Notes under the pieces: model-generated
The model's database searches: none
What the model saw: the letters and a program-made list of their open reading frames with translations, nothing else
Told to the model about the DNA's origin: nothing
In this document: positions 39,180 to 52,014 of the stretch, in pieces
Position numbering within the stretch: position 1 is the first letter of the stretch
Layout: every line of letters begins with the position of its first letter
Assembly: GCF_006345805.1 (NCBI RefSeq)
Contig: NC_043016.1
Coordinates: forward strand, 23,870,001-23,934,000
Reading direction: 5' to 3'
DNA: 64,000 nt
Source of the DNA: Octopus sinensis
Lineage: Eukaryota
Position numbers and translations under genes: made by a program

Positions 39180-39373
39180 ATTCATTTGTTAAATTTTAAT
39201 TTATATAAATTATTTATATTTTATGTATTGGCTTAAGTCTTTCTTTGTTTGATTTGCATAATAGTGGTTTTGTCTCTAATTTATTATAATATAATATTTT
39301 ATTATAAAATTGGATTCAATCTTAAATCTGATTTTTCCTTGTAAATTTGGATTTATTCCCTAATATTTATTAT

Positions 39374-39413
<40 letters not shown>

Positions 39414-39773
39414 AGCCACCCATTTTCTCTGCTCAGTATTTATGGGAGAGTCATAGGGGTAAAGACATCAGGCATCTACCCCAAAGTGTCCTATCAGAAA
39501 CAACTCATTACACTCTCCAGCTAGATTCCCCAAGTATGAGCAACTGAGATTATGGATATCATCCAACCATCTCATTTTTGGTATACTGCTAGGTTTCCTG
39601 CCAATTGATTCAGCTTGAAGAATCCGTCTTGTGTTTCTTTCCTGCAACATTCTAATCATATGTCCAGAATACAGGAGCTGTGGGATCTCTGTATGCAGAG
39701 AAGTAGAGGCTTGACCTGGAGAGACTCCCCAATCTCCAACCTATGCAGCCTCTTGAGTAATGTTACATCAGAC

Positions 39774-39816
<43 letters not shown>

Positions 39817-39819
39817 CTG

Positions 39820-39887
<68 letters not shown>

Positions 39888-40184
39888 AGGCACATGGCCA
39901 AGTGGTTAGAACAGCAGACTCACGGTTGAGGGATTGCGGGTTTGAATCTCAGACCAGGCGATGTGTGTGTTTATGAGTGAAACACCTATGCTCCACTCAG
40001 CTCCAGCAGAAGGTAATGACAAACTTCTGCTGACTCTTTTGCCACAATTAGCTGTGTCTATTTCATGTCATTCCAAACCAGCTACAGGTAAATTATGAAA
40101 TGCATGTGTGTGTGTGTTAAATAAAATGAGACAACAAAACCAAGGCTACGTGGAATTTATGGGACATTTATAAAGAGAAAGGTA

Positions 40185-40233
40185 ATCTTACAACTGTTTC
40201 TGGGATATTTAGGGATATCCTTTCATCAGAGAT
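40185..40233 (-). ncRNA. Hammerhead motif in an older fold-back (arms ~40108-40240 and 40255-40385)
   Basis: AUCU CUGAUGA AA GGAUAU-cccuaa-AUAUCC CA GAAA CAGUUG UA AGAU. The partner at 40263-40310(+) has CUGGUGA. Confidence 0.65.
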
Positions 40234-40890
40234 GATTTCCCTCTAGTTAACTCTCTCATACCATCTCTGGTGAAGGGATATTCCTAATATCCTAGAAACA
40301 GCTGTAAGACTACCTTTCTCTTTATAAATGTCCTGCAATATTCCACACAGCATTGCTTTTGTTGTCTCATTTTATTTAACATATACATGCTCATACAAGA
40401 CCTTCATTAAACTCCTCAATCGTGTTATTATCAAACCGAGAGTCTAACTACGGTCCTCCCATAGCACTTACATAGTCATACCTGCCATCTTGGGTCTTCT
40501 GGATATCAATACCTCTCATATATATATATATTATGTTTATTTTGTGTTTTCCAGTTTCAGCTCTTGAGCTGTGGCCATGCTGGGGCACCACCATTTATAT
40601 ATACATATTTATATATATATATATATATAAGTTTAACAATTAAGGATAATCTCTTAATAAGGGATCTTAACAAGAAATTATCAGGTAGCTAGCGTGAAAA
40701 CCTCATAAAAGAAAAGAATCCGAAAATAATTTTTTTTCTTCTGAACAAATTAATTATATCTATATTGTATAGAGGGCATTATTACACATAAATGCCTCAC
40801 ACTAGGAGGGACAGAGTCATTACTACCAAAATTATACTAATCATACCCAAATGCAGTTTTTCAAAGCAAGACATTTAAAAAATGAATTAT

Positions 40891-40947
40891 GTTCTGTATC
40901 AACCGTGATTTCACATACAACTTGCGTCTAATGATCGTCAGCAGAAC
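40891..40947 (-). ncRNA. Type I hammerhead ribozyme with complete stems I and III
   Basis: GUUCUG CUGACGA U CAU-uagacgcaaguugu-AUG U GAAA UCA-cggu-UGA UA CAGAAC. Predicted cleavage between 40897 and 40896. Confidence 0.8.
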
Positions 40948-41363
40948 TGATTCTGAAACATCATAAATAAACTAAACTTACGTAGCGAAGACGAACAGAC
41001 AACTGCTCTCTCCGGCCAAGCACATGGAATGTTTATAAATCATATATCCGGTAAATGGCGGGCTTTTTCGAACTGCATGTCGGGTAATGAAAAGTATTTC
41101 GGAATAAGTTTAACAATTAAGGATAATCTCTTAATAAGGGATCTTAAAGAAATTATCAGGTAGCTAGCGTGAAAACCTCATAAAAGAAAAGAATCCGAAA
41201 ATAATTTTTTTTCTTCTGAACAAATTAATTATATCTATATTGTATAGAGGGCATTATTACACATAAATGCCTCACACTAGGAGGGACAGAGTCATTACTA
41301 CCAAATTATACTAATCATACCCAATGCAGTTTTTCAAAGCAAGACATTTAAAAAATGAATTAT

Positions 41364-41419
41364 GTTCTGTATCACCGTGATTTCACATACAACTTGCGTC
41401 TAATGATCGTCAGCAGAAC
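41364..41419 (-). ncRNA. Second HHR copy, 473 nt from the first
   Basis: Identical except for a 3-nt stem III loop (one base missing). Confidence 0.75.
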
Positions 41420-41873
41420 TGATTCTGAATACATCATAAATAAACTAACCTTACGTAGCGAAGACGAACAGACAACTGCTCTCTCCGGCCAAGCACATGG
41501 AATGTTTATAATCAATATCCGGTAAATGGCGGGCTTTTTACGAACTGCATGTCGGGTAATGAAAAGTATTTCGGAATAAGTTTAACAATTAAGGATAATC
41601 TCTTAATAAGGGATCTTAACAAGAAATTATCAGGTAGCTAGCGTGAAAACCTCATAAAAGAAAAGAATCCGAAAATAATTTTTTTTCTTCTGAACAAATT
41701 AATTATATCTATATTGTATAGAGGGCATTATTACACATAAATGCCTCACACTAGGAGGGACAGAGTCATTGAAAAACTGCATTTGGGTATGATTAGTATA
41801 ATTTGGTAGTAATGACTCTGTCCCTCCTAGTGTGAGGCATTTATGTGTAATAATGCCCTCTATACAATATATA

Positions 41874-41927
<54 letters not shown>

Positions 41928-42423
41928 TATTGGAAATATGCAGTACATAAGAAGACCCGGCAAGCCAAGTTAGACCATAACTCGTGGCCTATGCCAGGGG
42001 TATAACCAACCCACTTATGTGTATCTTTCCTCATTGAACACTAAACTTTGCTTGCGAGACCTGTTGAGGCAAATGAAATCAAAATCGAATCAAATTCGAT
42101 GACTGGCACCCATGCCAGTGGAGCTCTAAGAGCACCATCGAGCATGATCGTTGCCAGTGACACGGAACTGGCTCCTGTGCAGGTGGCACGTAAAAAACAC
42201 CATTTGAGTGAGGCCATTGCCAGTACCGCCTGACTTGCCCTCGTGCTGGTGGCACGTAAAAGCACCCACTACAATCTCAGAGTGGTTGGTGTTTGGAAAG
42301 GCATCCAGCTGTAGAAACTCTGCCAGATCAGATTGGAGCCTGGTGCAGTCATCTGGTTTGCCAGTCCTCAGTCAAATCATACAACCCGTGCCAGCATGGA
42401 AAGTGGACATTAAACAATGATGA

Positions 42424-42511
<88 letters not shown>

Positions 42512-42650
42512 CATGCATGTATGTGTATTAAATGCATTGTAATTGAGCCGAGTGAAATCGAGTCTATAGAGTGAGGAACCTTTTAAAAGTCACCTGACAT
42601 CACACATCTGTACTGAAGGATGCACCATCACAAGTTGTCCAGTATCTCAC

Positions 42651-42661
42651 CTGTAAGAGAT
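42651..42661 (-). other. Possible 11-nt microexon or AG|GT recursive splice site
   Basis: gtcttgcatAG ATCTCTTACAG GTGAGA. Confidence 0.2.
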
Positions 42662-42756
42662 CTATGCAAGACATAGATGAAATGATTGTTGTGGTCAATA
42701 AAGTATCTCATGAATTCCATTTTCTCTTTCCCTTTTTTGTTATATATATATATATA

Positions 42757-43040
42757 TTATAATTATAAGTATAATTATAATTAGGGTTCAGCAAAAAACT
42801 TTCTTCACCACATACCGAAAATTTAGAAATAGCAGCCAAATACCTAGTTATTTCTCTACCATAAGAGAATTTCCCAGATAACAAACACTCAAAAACAAGT
42901 TTTTTCTCTTTACCAACGGTATGTGGTGAAGAAAATTTTTTGCTGAACCCTAATTATAATTATACACATAATTATAAAAAATTGTTGTTTAAGTTTACTG
43001 ATAATGGTTCTTTTAACATGCTGAAACTACTTGGTGAAAT
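42757..43040 (+). repeat. Fold-back (61-bp arms, 99-nt spacer) followed by a decayed HHR-like motif
   Basis: Arms 42757-42817 and 42917-42977. CTGATAA...GAAACTAC at 42998-43030. Confidence 0.65.
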
Positions 43041-43080
43041 TATTAATAATCAATAATTAATAATTATTAATTAATTAATT

Positions 43081-43162
43081 AATTTTACCCAGCAAAAATT
43101 TACCCAGCAAAAATTTACCCAGCAAAAATTTACCCAGCAAAAATTTACCCAGCAAAAATTTA
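43081..43162. repeat. 16-bp minisatellite (aatttacccagcaaaa) x5
   Basis: Direct reading. Confidence 0.95.
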
Positions 43163-43418
43163 GATTCAGATGAATATATTATTATATTATATTATATATA
43201 TATATATATATTCTTTTATCTTTTACTTGTTTCAGTCATACTGACCAAATTGACCCCATTTCTTATTTTTTAAAGCATATTACTTATCCACTGTTATTGG
43301 GAAGAAAGCTGGGCGGGAGGGTTTGGTGTTGAAAGACCAGAAACCTGCCGGAGATCCCAGAAACATCACTGGTGATGCATCCAAGAACATCCACCAGAAG
43401 AATCTTAAAACAAACTAA

Positions 43419-43455
<37 letters not shown>

Positions 43456-44164
43456 TATATATATGTATGCATGTATATGCATGTATACATTCGTATAAGA
43501 TATATTACATATTACCATATATCATGTGTGTGTGTGTGTGTGTGCATGTGTGTTGTCTGCTCCATACCAAATTCTAAACAGTAAATCTGTTCCTAGTACA
43601 ATCCAGTTTCTATTTCTTTGACAAAATGTTATTTCTTTGAATCAGATTTTATTCCCTTCTTTTTAACCTCTTGAATCCAGCTCTTTCTTGTACAAATTCT
43701 TCACAAATAACATTTAATAAACTCACTTTAACAAGACCATTCTTCAATTGTCAAATCTAAAATGACTTCCTCAGATTATAAACTCAACTATTCCTGTTTA
43801 GAAAGAAAATATATTTAAATTTCTTTAAAGACTAATTGATTTATTTGATGAAAAAGCCAATGATTTATATCTGCATTTTTTGTAAACCACAAAATTGATT
43901 TTAACATAAAAATATTTATGAAATCCATCTCTATTGAACAGAAAACTAACTCTAAACTCAAACCTAACCACACACAAGAACATTTTTCATTTTTTTTTTT
44001 CTTTCTTTTGCAACAATTTTTTTTTCCTTTAAAGAACTCTTCTTTTCTGTTTTACTGATTATCCATTATATTTCCTTTTTTTTTTTCTTCTTCTTCTGAT
44101 ACACATCATAACCTACAGACACAAAGTCTCCTAGATGTATTTGCAAGCTGTCATCCTCACTTAC

Positions 44165-44207
44165 TCGGTACTTGTGCTATTTGAGCATGAAACAAATATA
44201 GTGTCAT
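44165..44207 (-). CDS. Candidate 43-nt exon
   Basis: tttatctttcAG acceptor and CGA|GTAAGT donor. Phase 0-1 would link the 55594 and 34675 exons. Confidence 0.3.
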
Positions 44208-44227
44208 CTGAAAGATAAACTGAGACA

Positions 44228-44655
44228 TACTCTTTTACTCTTTTACTTGTTTCAGTCATTTGACTGTGGCCATGTTGGAGCACCGTCTTTAGTCGAGCAT
44301 ATCTACCCAGAATTTATTCTTTGTAAGCCTAGTACTTATTCTATCACTCTCTTTTGTTGAACTGCTAAGTTATGGGGACATAAACACACCAGCATCGGTT
44401 GTCAAGCGATGTTGTGGGGACAAACACAGACACACAAACATATACACACACACATACTCACATATATATATATATGTATATAAATATATAGAACGGGCTT
44501 ATTTCAGTTTCCGTCTACCAATTCTACTCACAAGGTTTTGGTTGGCCCGAGGCTATAGTAGAAGACACTTGCCCAAGGTGCTACGCAGTGGGACTGAACC
44601 CAGAACCGTGTGGTTCATAAGCAAGCTACTTACTACACAGCCACTCCTGTGCCTA
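44228..44655 (-). mobile_element. Full-length dominant-family SINE
   Basis: Reverse complement of the 10860 family. Confidence 0.9.
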
Positions 44656-46564
44656 TATACTAGATAACACAGTGCTTTGTAAATGAGCATCATCGTCATC
44701 ATTATACAAATAAAGTGTTTCTGTGGAAAACATTTCAAGCCATAGGAAGATATTATATTGCTTCAAAACAGGTGAGAGTTTGTAATAGGAAGAGCATCAA
44801 GTCACAGGAAATCTGCTTCAACAAACTCTGTCTGATCTAAGAGTAGAGAAGTAGGTGTTAAAGCAATGATGATAACATGTCCAGTAAGTTCACCATCATC
44901 AATTCTCCGGTTTTTTTTACAGTAAAATAGTTTTAAACTATTAATGGTGAGATTCCAAAGTACCTTGGATCACAGGACAGCCTGCTGTGCTTACCTTGGA
45001 TCGTAGGGCGACCTGCTGTGCTTGAGGGGACCTATTGAGTCAAATACATCAACATCAAAAATCAAATGGAAATTGTAGTTGTAATACCTGTGTTGGTGGC
45101 ACGTAAAAAGCACCATCCGAATGTAGCCGATGCCAGTGCTGCCTTGACTGGCTTCCATGCCGGTGGTATGTAAAAAGCACCAACCGATCGTGGCTGTTGC
45201 CAGCCTCCCCTGGCACCTGTGCCAGTGGCACGTAAAAAGCACCCACTATACTCATGGAGTGGTTGGCATTAGAAAGGGCATCCAGCTGTAGAAACACTGC
45301 CAGATCAGACTGGAGCCTGGTGCAGCCTCCTGGCTTCCCAGACCCCAGTCGAACCATCCAACCCATCCTAGTATGGAAAACGGACGTTAAAAGATGATGA
45401 TGGTGATACTATGGGTATATTTCCTCAGCAAATTTTCCTCATGGTGAACTTTCTGCACAGTGAATTGATGACAGTGAACTTTCCCTGCAGTGAATTAATG
45501 ATTGTGAACTTACCTGTAATCGATGATAATAAGGATAATGATGATAATGATGTCATCATCATTCAACGTTCATTTTCCATGCTGGCATGGGTTTGGACAG
45601 TTTAGATAGTTTGATATAGCCACAAGGTTGTATCGTAGTTCATGTTGTCTCTGGCACAGCTTTTATGATTGGATGCCTTTCTAATTGCCATCCACTTTAC
45701 AATGAGTAGTAACCACCTGCACTTGAGGTAAGAAAGGAAAAAACAAGAAAAGGAAAAGGAAAAAAAGGGAAATGTGACATTGAGTTGGTGGAGTGAGGTA
45801 TTTGAAATGATGGAGAGGAGATCTTATACCAAGGACAAGAAGGGATACCTTACAATGGGGAAGGTACATGGCTACCCTACATTTATGTAAGGGTGGGTGG
45901 GAGTATCTGAGGGAAAACGTAAGATGGTAGTGATGGGTTGCCAGAGTAAAACCCTCAGGAAATAAGATATGGTACCAGCAGTGGATCAGAAGGAAAATGT
46001 AGGGAGTGATGAACATGAGTAGAGGTGTGACTTGATGGGAAATATCAGTATGGGCAAAGGTGAGTAAGAAGAGAGAGATAGGAGTGTCTCATGTATGATA
46101 GTTACGGAAGAAGGAGATTGTGAGTAGCAGTGGGAAGCAAGATGTAGAGGTATGTTAAGGGTAACTTTAGCAAGTGGGCATTGTGACAGACAAAAGAGGG
46201 CACTAGAAAGGATAGCAGATATGCAAGGGGATTAGATGAAGTATGATAGAAGGGAGGAGAAGGATAGCCCATGGGAAGGTGTGATAATGAGAATGAGGAA
46301 TGGAAATGAGAGGAAAGAAAGAAGGATTTGGTAGCCCAAAGAATTAAGGGATGTAACAGGCATCAAGGAGGAGTTGCAGGAAATGCTTGACAAGACAGTA
46401 TGAGTGTGGGGACAGCACCTAGCATGTGAGATGGGAGAGAAGAGGAATGAGTTGGGAGATGAGATGTGAGGACTGTTTAATAAGATAGTGTGAGTGTAGG
46501 GGCAGCACCCAGTATGTACAAACATAGGCAAAATGTTTTTAGGAACTGATATTTGCTGTTCTTT

Positions 46565-46820
46565 TATTCTTTTTTATTTTACTTGTTTCAATTATTTGAC
46601 TGTGGCCATGCTGAAGCACTTCCTTAAAGGGTTTTGGTCAAAGAAATCAAACCCAGAACTTATTCTTTGTAAGATTAGTAATTATTCTATTGGTCTCTTT
46701 TGCCAAACCATTAAGTTATGGGATCATAAACATACTAGTATCAGTTGTCAAGCTATGGCAGGGAGACAAACACAGTAACACACTCATAGATATATAGATA
46801 CACACATACATACATACATG

Positions 46821-46861
<41 letters not shown>

Positions 46862-47010
46862 CTGGCTTCTTTCAGTTTTCATCTACCAAATCCACTCACA
46901 AGGGTTTGGTCAGCTTGAGGCTTTAGAGAAGACACTTGCTCGAGGTATCACTGAACCCAGATCCATGTGGTTGGGAATAAAGCTTCTTACTACACAGCCA
47001 TGCCTGCCCC
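46565..47010 (-). mobile_element. Dominant-family SINE, diverged
   Basis: Head, (CA)n and tail recognisable. Confidence 0.8.
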
Positions 47011-48479
47011 TATATGAATATTTCTTATAGAAACCATTGGTAATAACATTGCTACAATTCTTATAGCAATGGGTAAAAGGTCTTTTTTTTTGTTAGGTTT
47101 TTTTCTCTTTGTTAATTTTTTATTCGGTGTTAACATTAACTTTCATTCTCACATTGTGTCACTAAAATAAATGTACCAGTCATGTACTGGAGCCTCACAT
47201 ATTCAACCGTATTCTTGTATACATACATACATACACTAATGTTTGATGAATAGTTTTTCACATAAGCTGTTGCTTCTGAGTTTGTTGTATATAAGGATCA
47301 TATATAAATCTGTTATGTGTGCATGTGTATATTCCTAAGCGTATGCATGGTATGTACATGTACACATATGCATGAATATATATATATACGTGAGTACTAC
47401 AATCTTATGTGTGGTATGTATGTTGGTAATAGACAAATAATTTTTTAAAATATGTTTGACTTTATCATTTATTTTAAAGAGAGAGCAAACAAGAAAGGAA
47501 GAGACAGAGAAAGAGAGAAATAGAGATGGAGAAACAGAGGCGGAGAGAAATGGAGACAGAGAGAGAAAGAGTGGAGAGAGAGAAGAGAGAGGGGAGAGGA
47601 GAGAGGAAGGGGAGAGGGGAGGGAGAGAGAAGACCGAGTGGGGAAAGGGGAGACAGAGAGAGAGAGAGAGCCGTTATACCACATAAAACAATAATGAGGT
47701 GAACTTTGAAAGTAAAACCAAACTACTTACTAAAGACATTTTGATAACCATTATAAAAACAAAATTATTTTAGATTTTCAGTACATATTGCCTTTTACTA
47801 TTAGCATATTGTTATTTTCACAAGTTAGAAAAAAGGAGAGGAAAAAAAGAAAAATGATTGTCTGTCTATATAGCCAGGCATATTTATTTGACATATAAAA
47901 GGTCATTGACTTGTTACCAAAAGGAAGCTGCATTATCACAGAAACTGAATTACATTGAAAGTGGGTCAAAACCTGCCAGATAAGTAGGGTTTTCATTGCT
48001 TCAGGAATGTTAAATAGCCAAGAGATGCAGTTGTAATTGGAAATTTTGGTAATAAACCAATTTGAGGGATGCTTATCAGGCAGATTTTTTATTTTTTCAT
48101 TCTTTTTTCACTTGTTTATTTTTCATTTATGATGATGATGATGATCATCATCATCATCATTATCATCATCATCATCACCACCACCACCACCACCATCATC
48201 ATCATTGCTTTATTTTGTTTGCAGTAACAAGGTAGTGGGGAAAAAAAATTAGTGAACCAAAAACCTGGTTTTTACTAACCAAGACATTTTCATGTGAAAA
48301 AGAAAAGAAAAAAAATGAAAAAAAATTAGGAATCATATCCAAATTGGATAGCCATTTCCAAAAGAGGAAGAAACTTCATACTTGATGCTTCATTACCAGA
48401 CAATGCTCATATTCATTAAATGATGGCAAGCAATCAATCAATCCCCGGGAGTCTTATTTTCAGTCGCAAGAATAAATTC

Positions 48480-48927
48480 TTTGTTTCTTTGAGAGACACA
48501 GAAAGACATTATCAACTGTTAGAACTGATATTTCAATTAATAGGTATTTCCTTTCTGGGTGGTCCTTGACAACAATGTCTGGTTGATTAGTTTTGATCTC
48601 CCTGTTTCTGTGTTTTGGCATATCCCAGAGGATGATCACTTTCTTATTCTCTAAGACCTATTCTGGTGCATAATTATCATTGTTGCCCACTTTCCCATGC
48701 TTGTGTGGGTCAGGCGGAGTTTTATTGAAGCAGATTTTTCTATGGCTGGATGCCCTTCCAGTCACAAACCTTCACCAGTTTCCAAGTGAAATAAAATTTT
48801 CCCATGACCAGACATGTTTTCAGAGAATACTAGAAATGGATGACATTGCTTGTATGACGGTAGCACTCATTTACAACCGTTATGTGACGTCAAGACAAGG
48901 AGACACAAATATTCACCAACTCTCTCA

Positions 48928-48991
<64 letters not shown>

Positions 48992-50640
48992 AATATATAT
49001 ATATATGATGGGTTTCTTTCAGTTTCCATCTACCAAATTCAACTCACAAAGCTTTGGTTAGCCTTGTGCTGTAGTAGAAGACACTTGCTCAAGGCACTAC
49101 ACTGTGGGACTGAACATGAAACCATGTGGTTGGGAAACAAACTGCTAAACCACACAGCCATGCTTATGCCTATACCATTTCTTTTCTGTTGATATATCAA
49201 TTGGTAATGGAAAGACTTTCAATGTATAAAATTCCTAACCCTATTATGTCTGTGGATATATTCTTCCACATACATGATAGTCTGGACTGCCAGAAACAAC
49301 GTGGTTAATCATTTCTTCTCCATTTCCATGTATTCTTCATTTACTGTTTGTAATCTGGCAAAGTAGCTAGTTAGAAAATCTCTATAAGGGATGAAGTTAG
49401 TAATTATACTGTGAAGTAATGTTTGTCTCCACTTCAACAGACTCACTAGAAGGTGGTAGAGTTAACTCCCCTGCTTGCAATATATGTGGGGTGCAGATTG
49501 CATCAATAACCAGTTAGAGCAAGCTTCCTCTTGGGGTTGAAAATGATAGCAACTTCATCATCATCATCATCATCGTTTGATGTCCGCTTTCCATGCTAGC
49601 ATGAGTTGGATGATTTGATTGAGGACTGGTGAACCAGATGGCTATACCAGGCTCCAATCTGATCTGGCAGAGTTTCTTCAGCTGGATGCCCTTCTTAACG
49701 CCAAGCACTCCGAGAATATAGTAGGAGCTTTTTATGTGCCACTGGCATGAGGGCCAGTTAGACGGTACTGGCAATAACCATGCTCAAATGGTGTTTCTTA
49801 TGTGCCACCTGCACAGGAGCAAGTCCACTCAAATGTTTTTTCACGTGCCACCAGCACAAGTGCCAGTAAGGCAATGCTGATAACGATCATGCTCAAATGG
49901 TGCTTTTTACATGCCACCAGCATGGAAGCCAGTTAGCTGCCTTGGCAACGATCATGCTCGGATGGTGCCTTAGTGCACCACTAGCACAGATGCCAGTCAT
50001 CGAATTTGATTTTGATTTCGATTTCACTTGCCTCAACAGGTCTTCGCAAGCAGAGTTTAGTGTCCAATGAAGGAGAGGTATGCGTAAGAGGGCTGGTTAC
50101 ATCCCTGGCATAGGCCACAAGGTTATGGTCTCACTTGGTTTGCTGAGTCTTCTCAAGCACAGCATATTTCCAAAGGTCTCGGTCACTAGTCATTGCCTCA
50201 GTGAGGCCTAATATTTGATGGTCATGCTTCACCACTTCATCCCAAGTCTTCCTGGGTCTTCCATAGGTTCCCAAGTCTTCCAAGTCTTCCACAGGTTCCC
50301 TCAATCTCTAGGGTGTGGCACATTTTCACACAGCTATCCTCATCCAGCTTCACCTACAAAACAGCCATGCTGGAGTGATGACTAACATTACTTTGTAATT
50401 TGTTTCATTATGTACTTTTGATGGTCTCTGGTGGGTATTATCCTGTACATTTATCAAGAATTTTTCACTCTTATCTTTGAGACCTGTACTTTTTAGCCAA
50501 TGATGCAACATTTCTTTGTCCATTTCCCTATTTCTACTCTGTTCAGTTTTTCAGGTATTGACTATTTAGCGACTTCCTTGTCAGTGTTTTATCATGGTAT
50601 TCTGAAGTGTTATTTTTAGTTCACGTTCAGCTTTTTCACA
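48480..50640 (-). mobile_element. R4/Dong-clade LINE remnant split by later insertions
   Basis: Collinear pieces: WLKSTGLKDKSE (~50500), INHVVSG..EEYIHRHNRV (~49250), ILWDMP..NQPDIVVKD (~48600). Confidence 0.7.
49560..50345 (-). mobile_element. RTE LINE 3' end with long 3' UTR
   Basis: RKTWDEVVKHD..LGLTEAMTSDRDLWKYAVLEKT runs into the gtggcac..aaaagcacc tandem block and the (GAT)n tail. Confidence 0.8.
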
Positions 50641-50899
50641 AAATATGTTACCATTTATTCTTCAAGTCATATTGCCCACTAATTGTTAGTTGTCTTTGTG
50701 GCAGCAATGATCTCAATAGCAGTAATATCTGACCAAGGTAGACTTTGCCTTTCATCATGTACTGGTCAGTACTCATCATGTATTGGTCATAGACCCCCGT
50801 CTTTCCAACTGGCTTTAGAGTACCTAATTCGTGGAATTCTCTCTACCATTGGATTACATTACTTTATTCATTTGGAGCTTGCCATTTCTGCACCTTGAT

Positions 50900-50934
<35 letters not shown>

Positions 50935-50943
50935 TCTATATAT

Positions 50944-51002
<59 letters not shown>

Positions 51003-51054
51003 CATATATATATATATATATATACATATATATTTCATATATATATTTCGTTTT

Positions 51055-51154
51055 NNNNNNNNNNNNNNNNNNNNNNNNNNNNNNNNNNNNNNNNNNNNNN
51101 NNNNNNNNNNNNNNNNNNNNNNNNNNNNNNNNNNNNNNNNNNNNNNNNNNNNNN
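51055..51154. other. Assembly gap (100 N)
   Basis: Direct reading. Confidence 1.
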
Positions 51155-51975
51155 AATGCATCATAATTGAGTGCTCATGTATCACCCTAAAGCTTCATCA
51201 GAGCTCCGAAAATGAAGCAAATGCTTATTGAGTTCTAGCACATGGTTATTAGTACTGGGACTTGAAAACATCAAAGGGAATTGAAAACATAAAAAAAACA
51301 GATAAGTAAAATGATTGACTTACTGTTATATATCAGTAAAACAAAAAGAAAGAAATATTGTTTAGATTATCTATGTAAAATAATTACAGCATAGAAAACA
51401 CATATTGGTTTCAAATTTTGGCACAAGGCCAGCAATTTTGGGAAGGGTTTAAATTGATTATATCAACCTTGTACCCAACTGGTTCTTTTATCAATCCCAA
51501 AAAAAGGACGAAAGTTAAAGTTGACTTCAGCGAAAATTGATTCAGAGCATAGAGATGATAAAATAGCACTAACCATTTTGCCTGTCACTGCTTACAATTC
51601 TGCCAGCTTGCTGCCTTTGTGGAAGACATATTAGCTTTTGAAAAATACACAAAAGCGTTTATTATTTGGTATTAAAATACACAAAGCGTTTATTATTTGG
51701 TATTAAAATTTTCATCAGACCAATGCTGTTGTAGAAGGACCATGTCATTGACCAGGTGTGACAAAAATTTTGACACCAAATAATAAATTCTTGTACTATT
51801 GTACATGTTTCGGTCATTTTGACTGTGGACATGCCGGAGCACTGTCTTGAAGGGTCTTAGTCAAACAAGTCAACCCCAGGACTTCCCAAGTTAGCTCACC
51901 GCAGATGTGGATTGAAATGGGCAAATTGTGTAACCTTTGACACCAATAAATTGTTATTGTTCCTGACCTTTGGTG

Positions 51976-52014
<39 letters not shown>

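Larger units (their letters stand above)
38943..39370 (+). mobile_element. Penelope-like palindromic insertion, same family as 26751-27195
   Basis: Arms 38943-39108 and 39126-39291, same 3' tail, (TA)n on both sides. Confidence 0.8.
40629..41870 (-). mobile_element. Tandem array of ~475-bp HHR-bearing units (2.4 copies) with an inverted 5' segment, in (TA)n; Penelope pLTR/retrozyme-like
   Basis: Units start at 40629, 41106 and 41578. 41771-41870 is an inverted copy of ~40765-40862. Confidence 0.85.

Noticed and set aside
43730-43800. Minus-strand AG...GTGAGT bounded segment
   Set aside because: Stops in all three frames; it could only be non-coding and has no other support.
48480-50640. Exon-like open segments with AG acceptors
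   Set aside because: They translate as collinear R4/Dong LINE domains.
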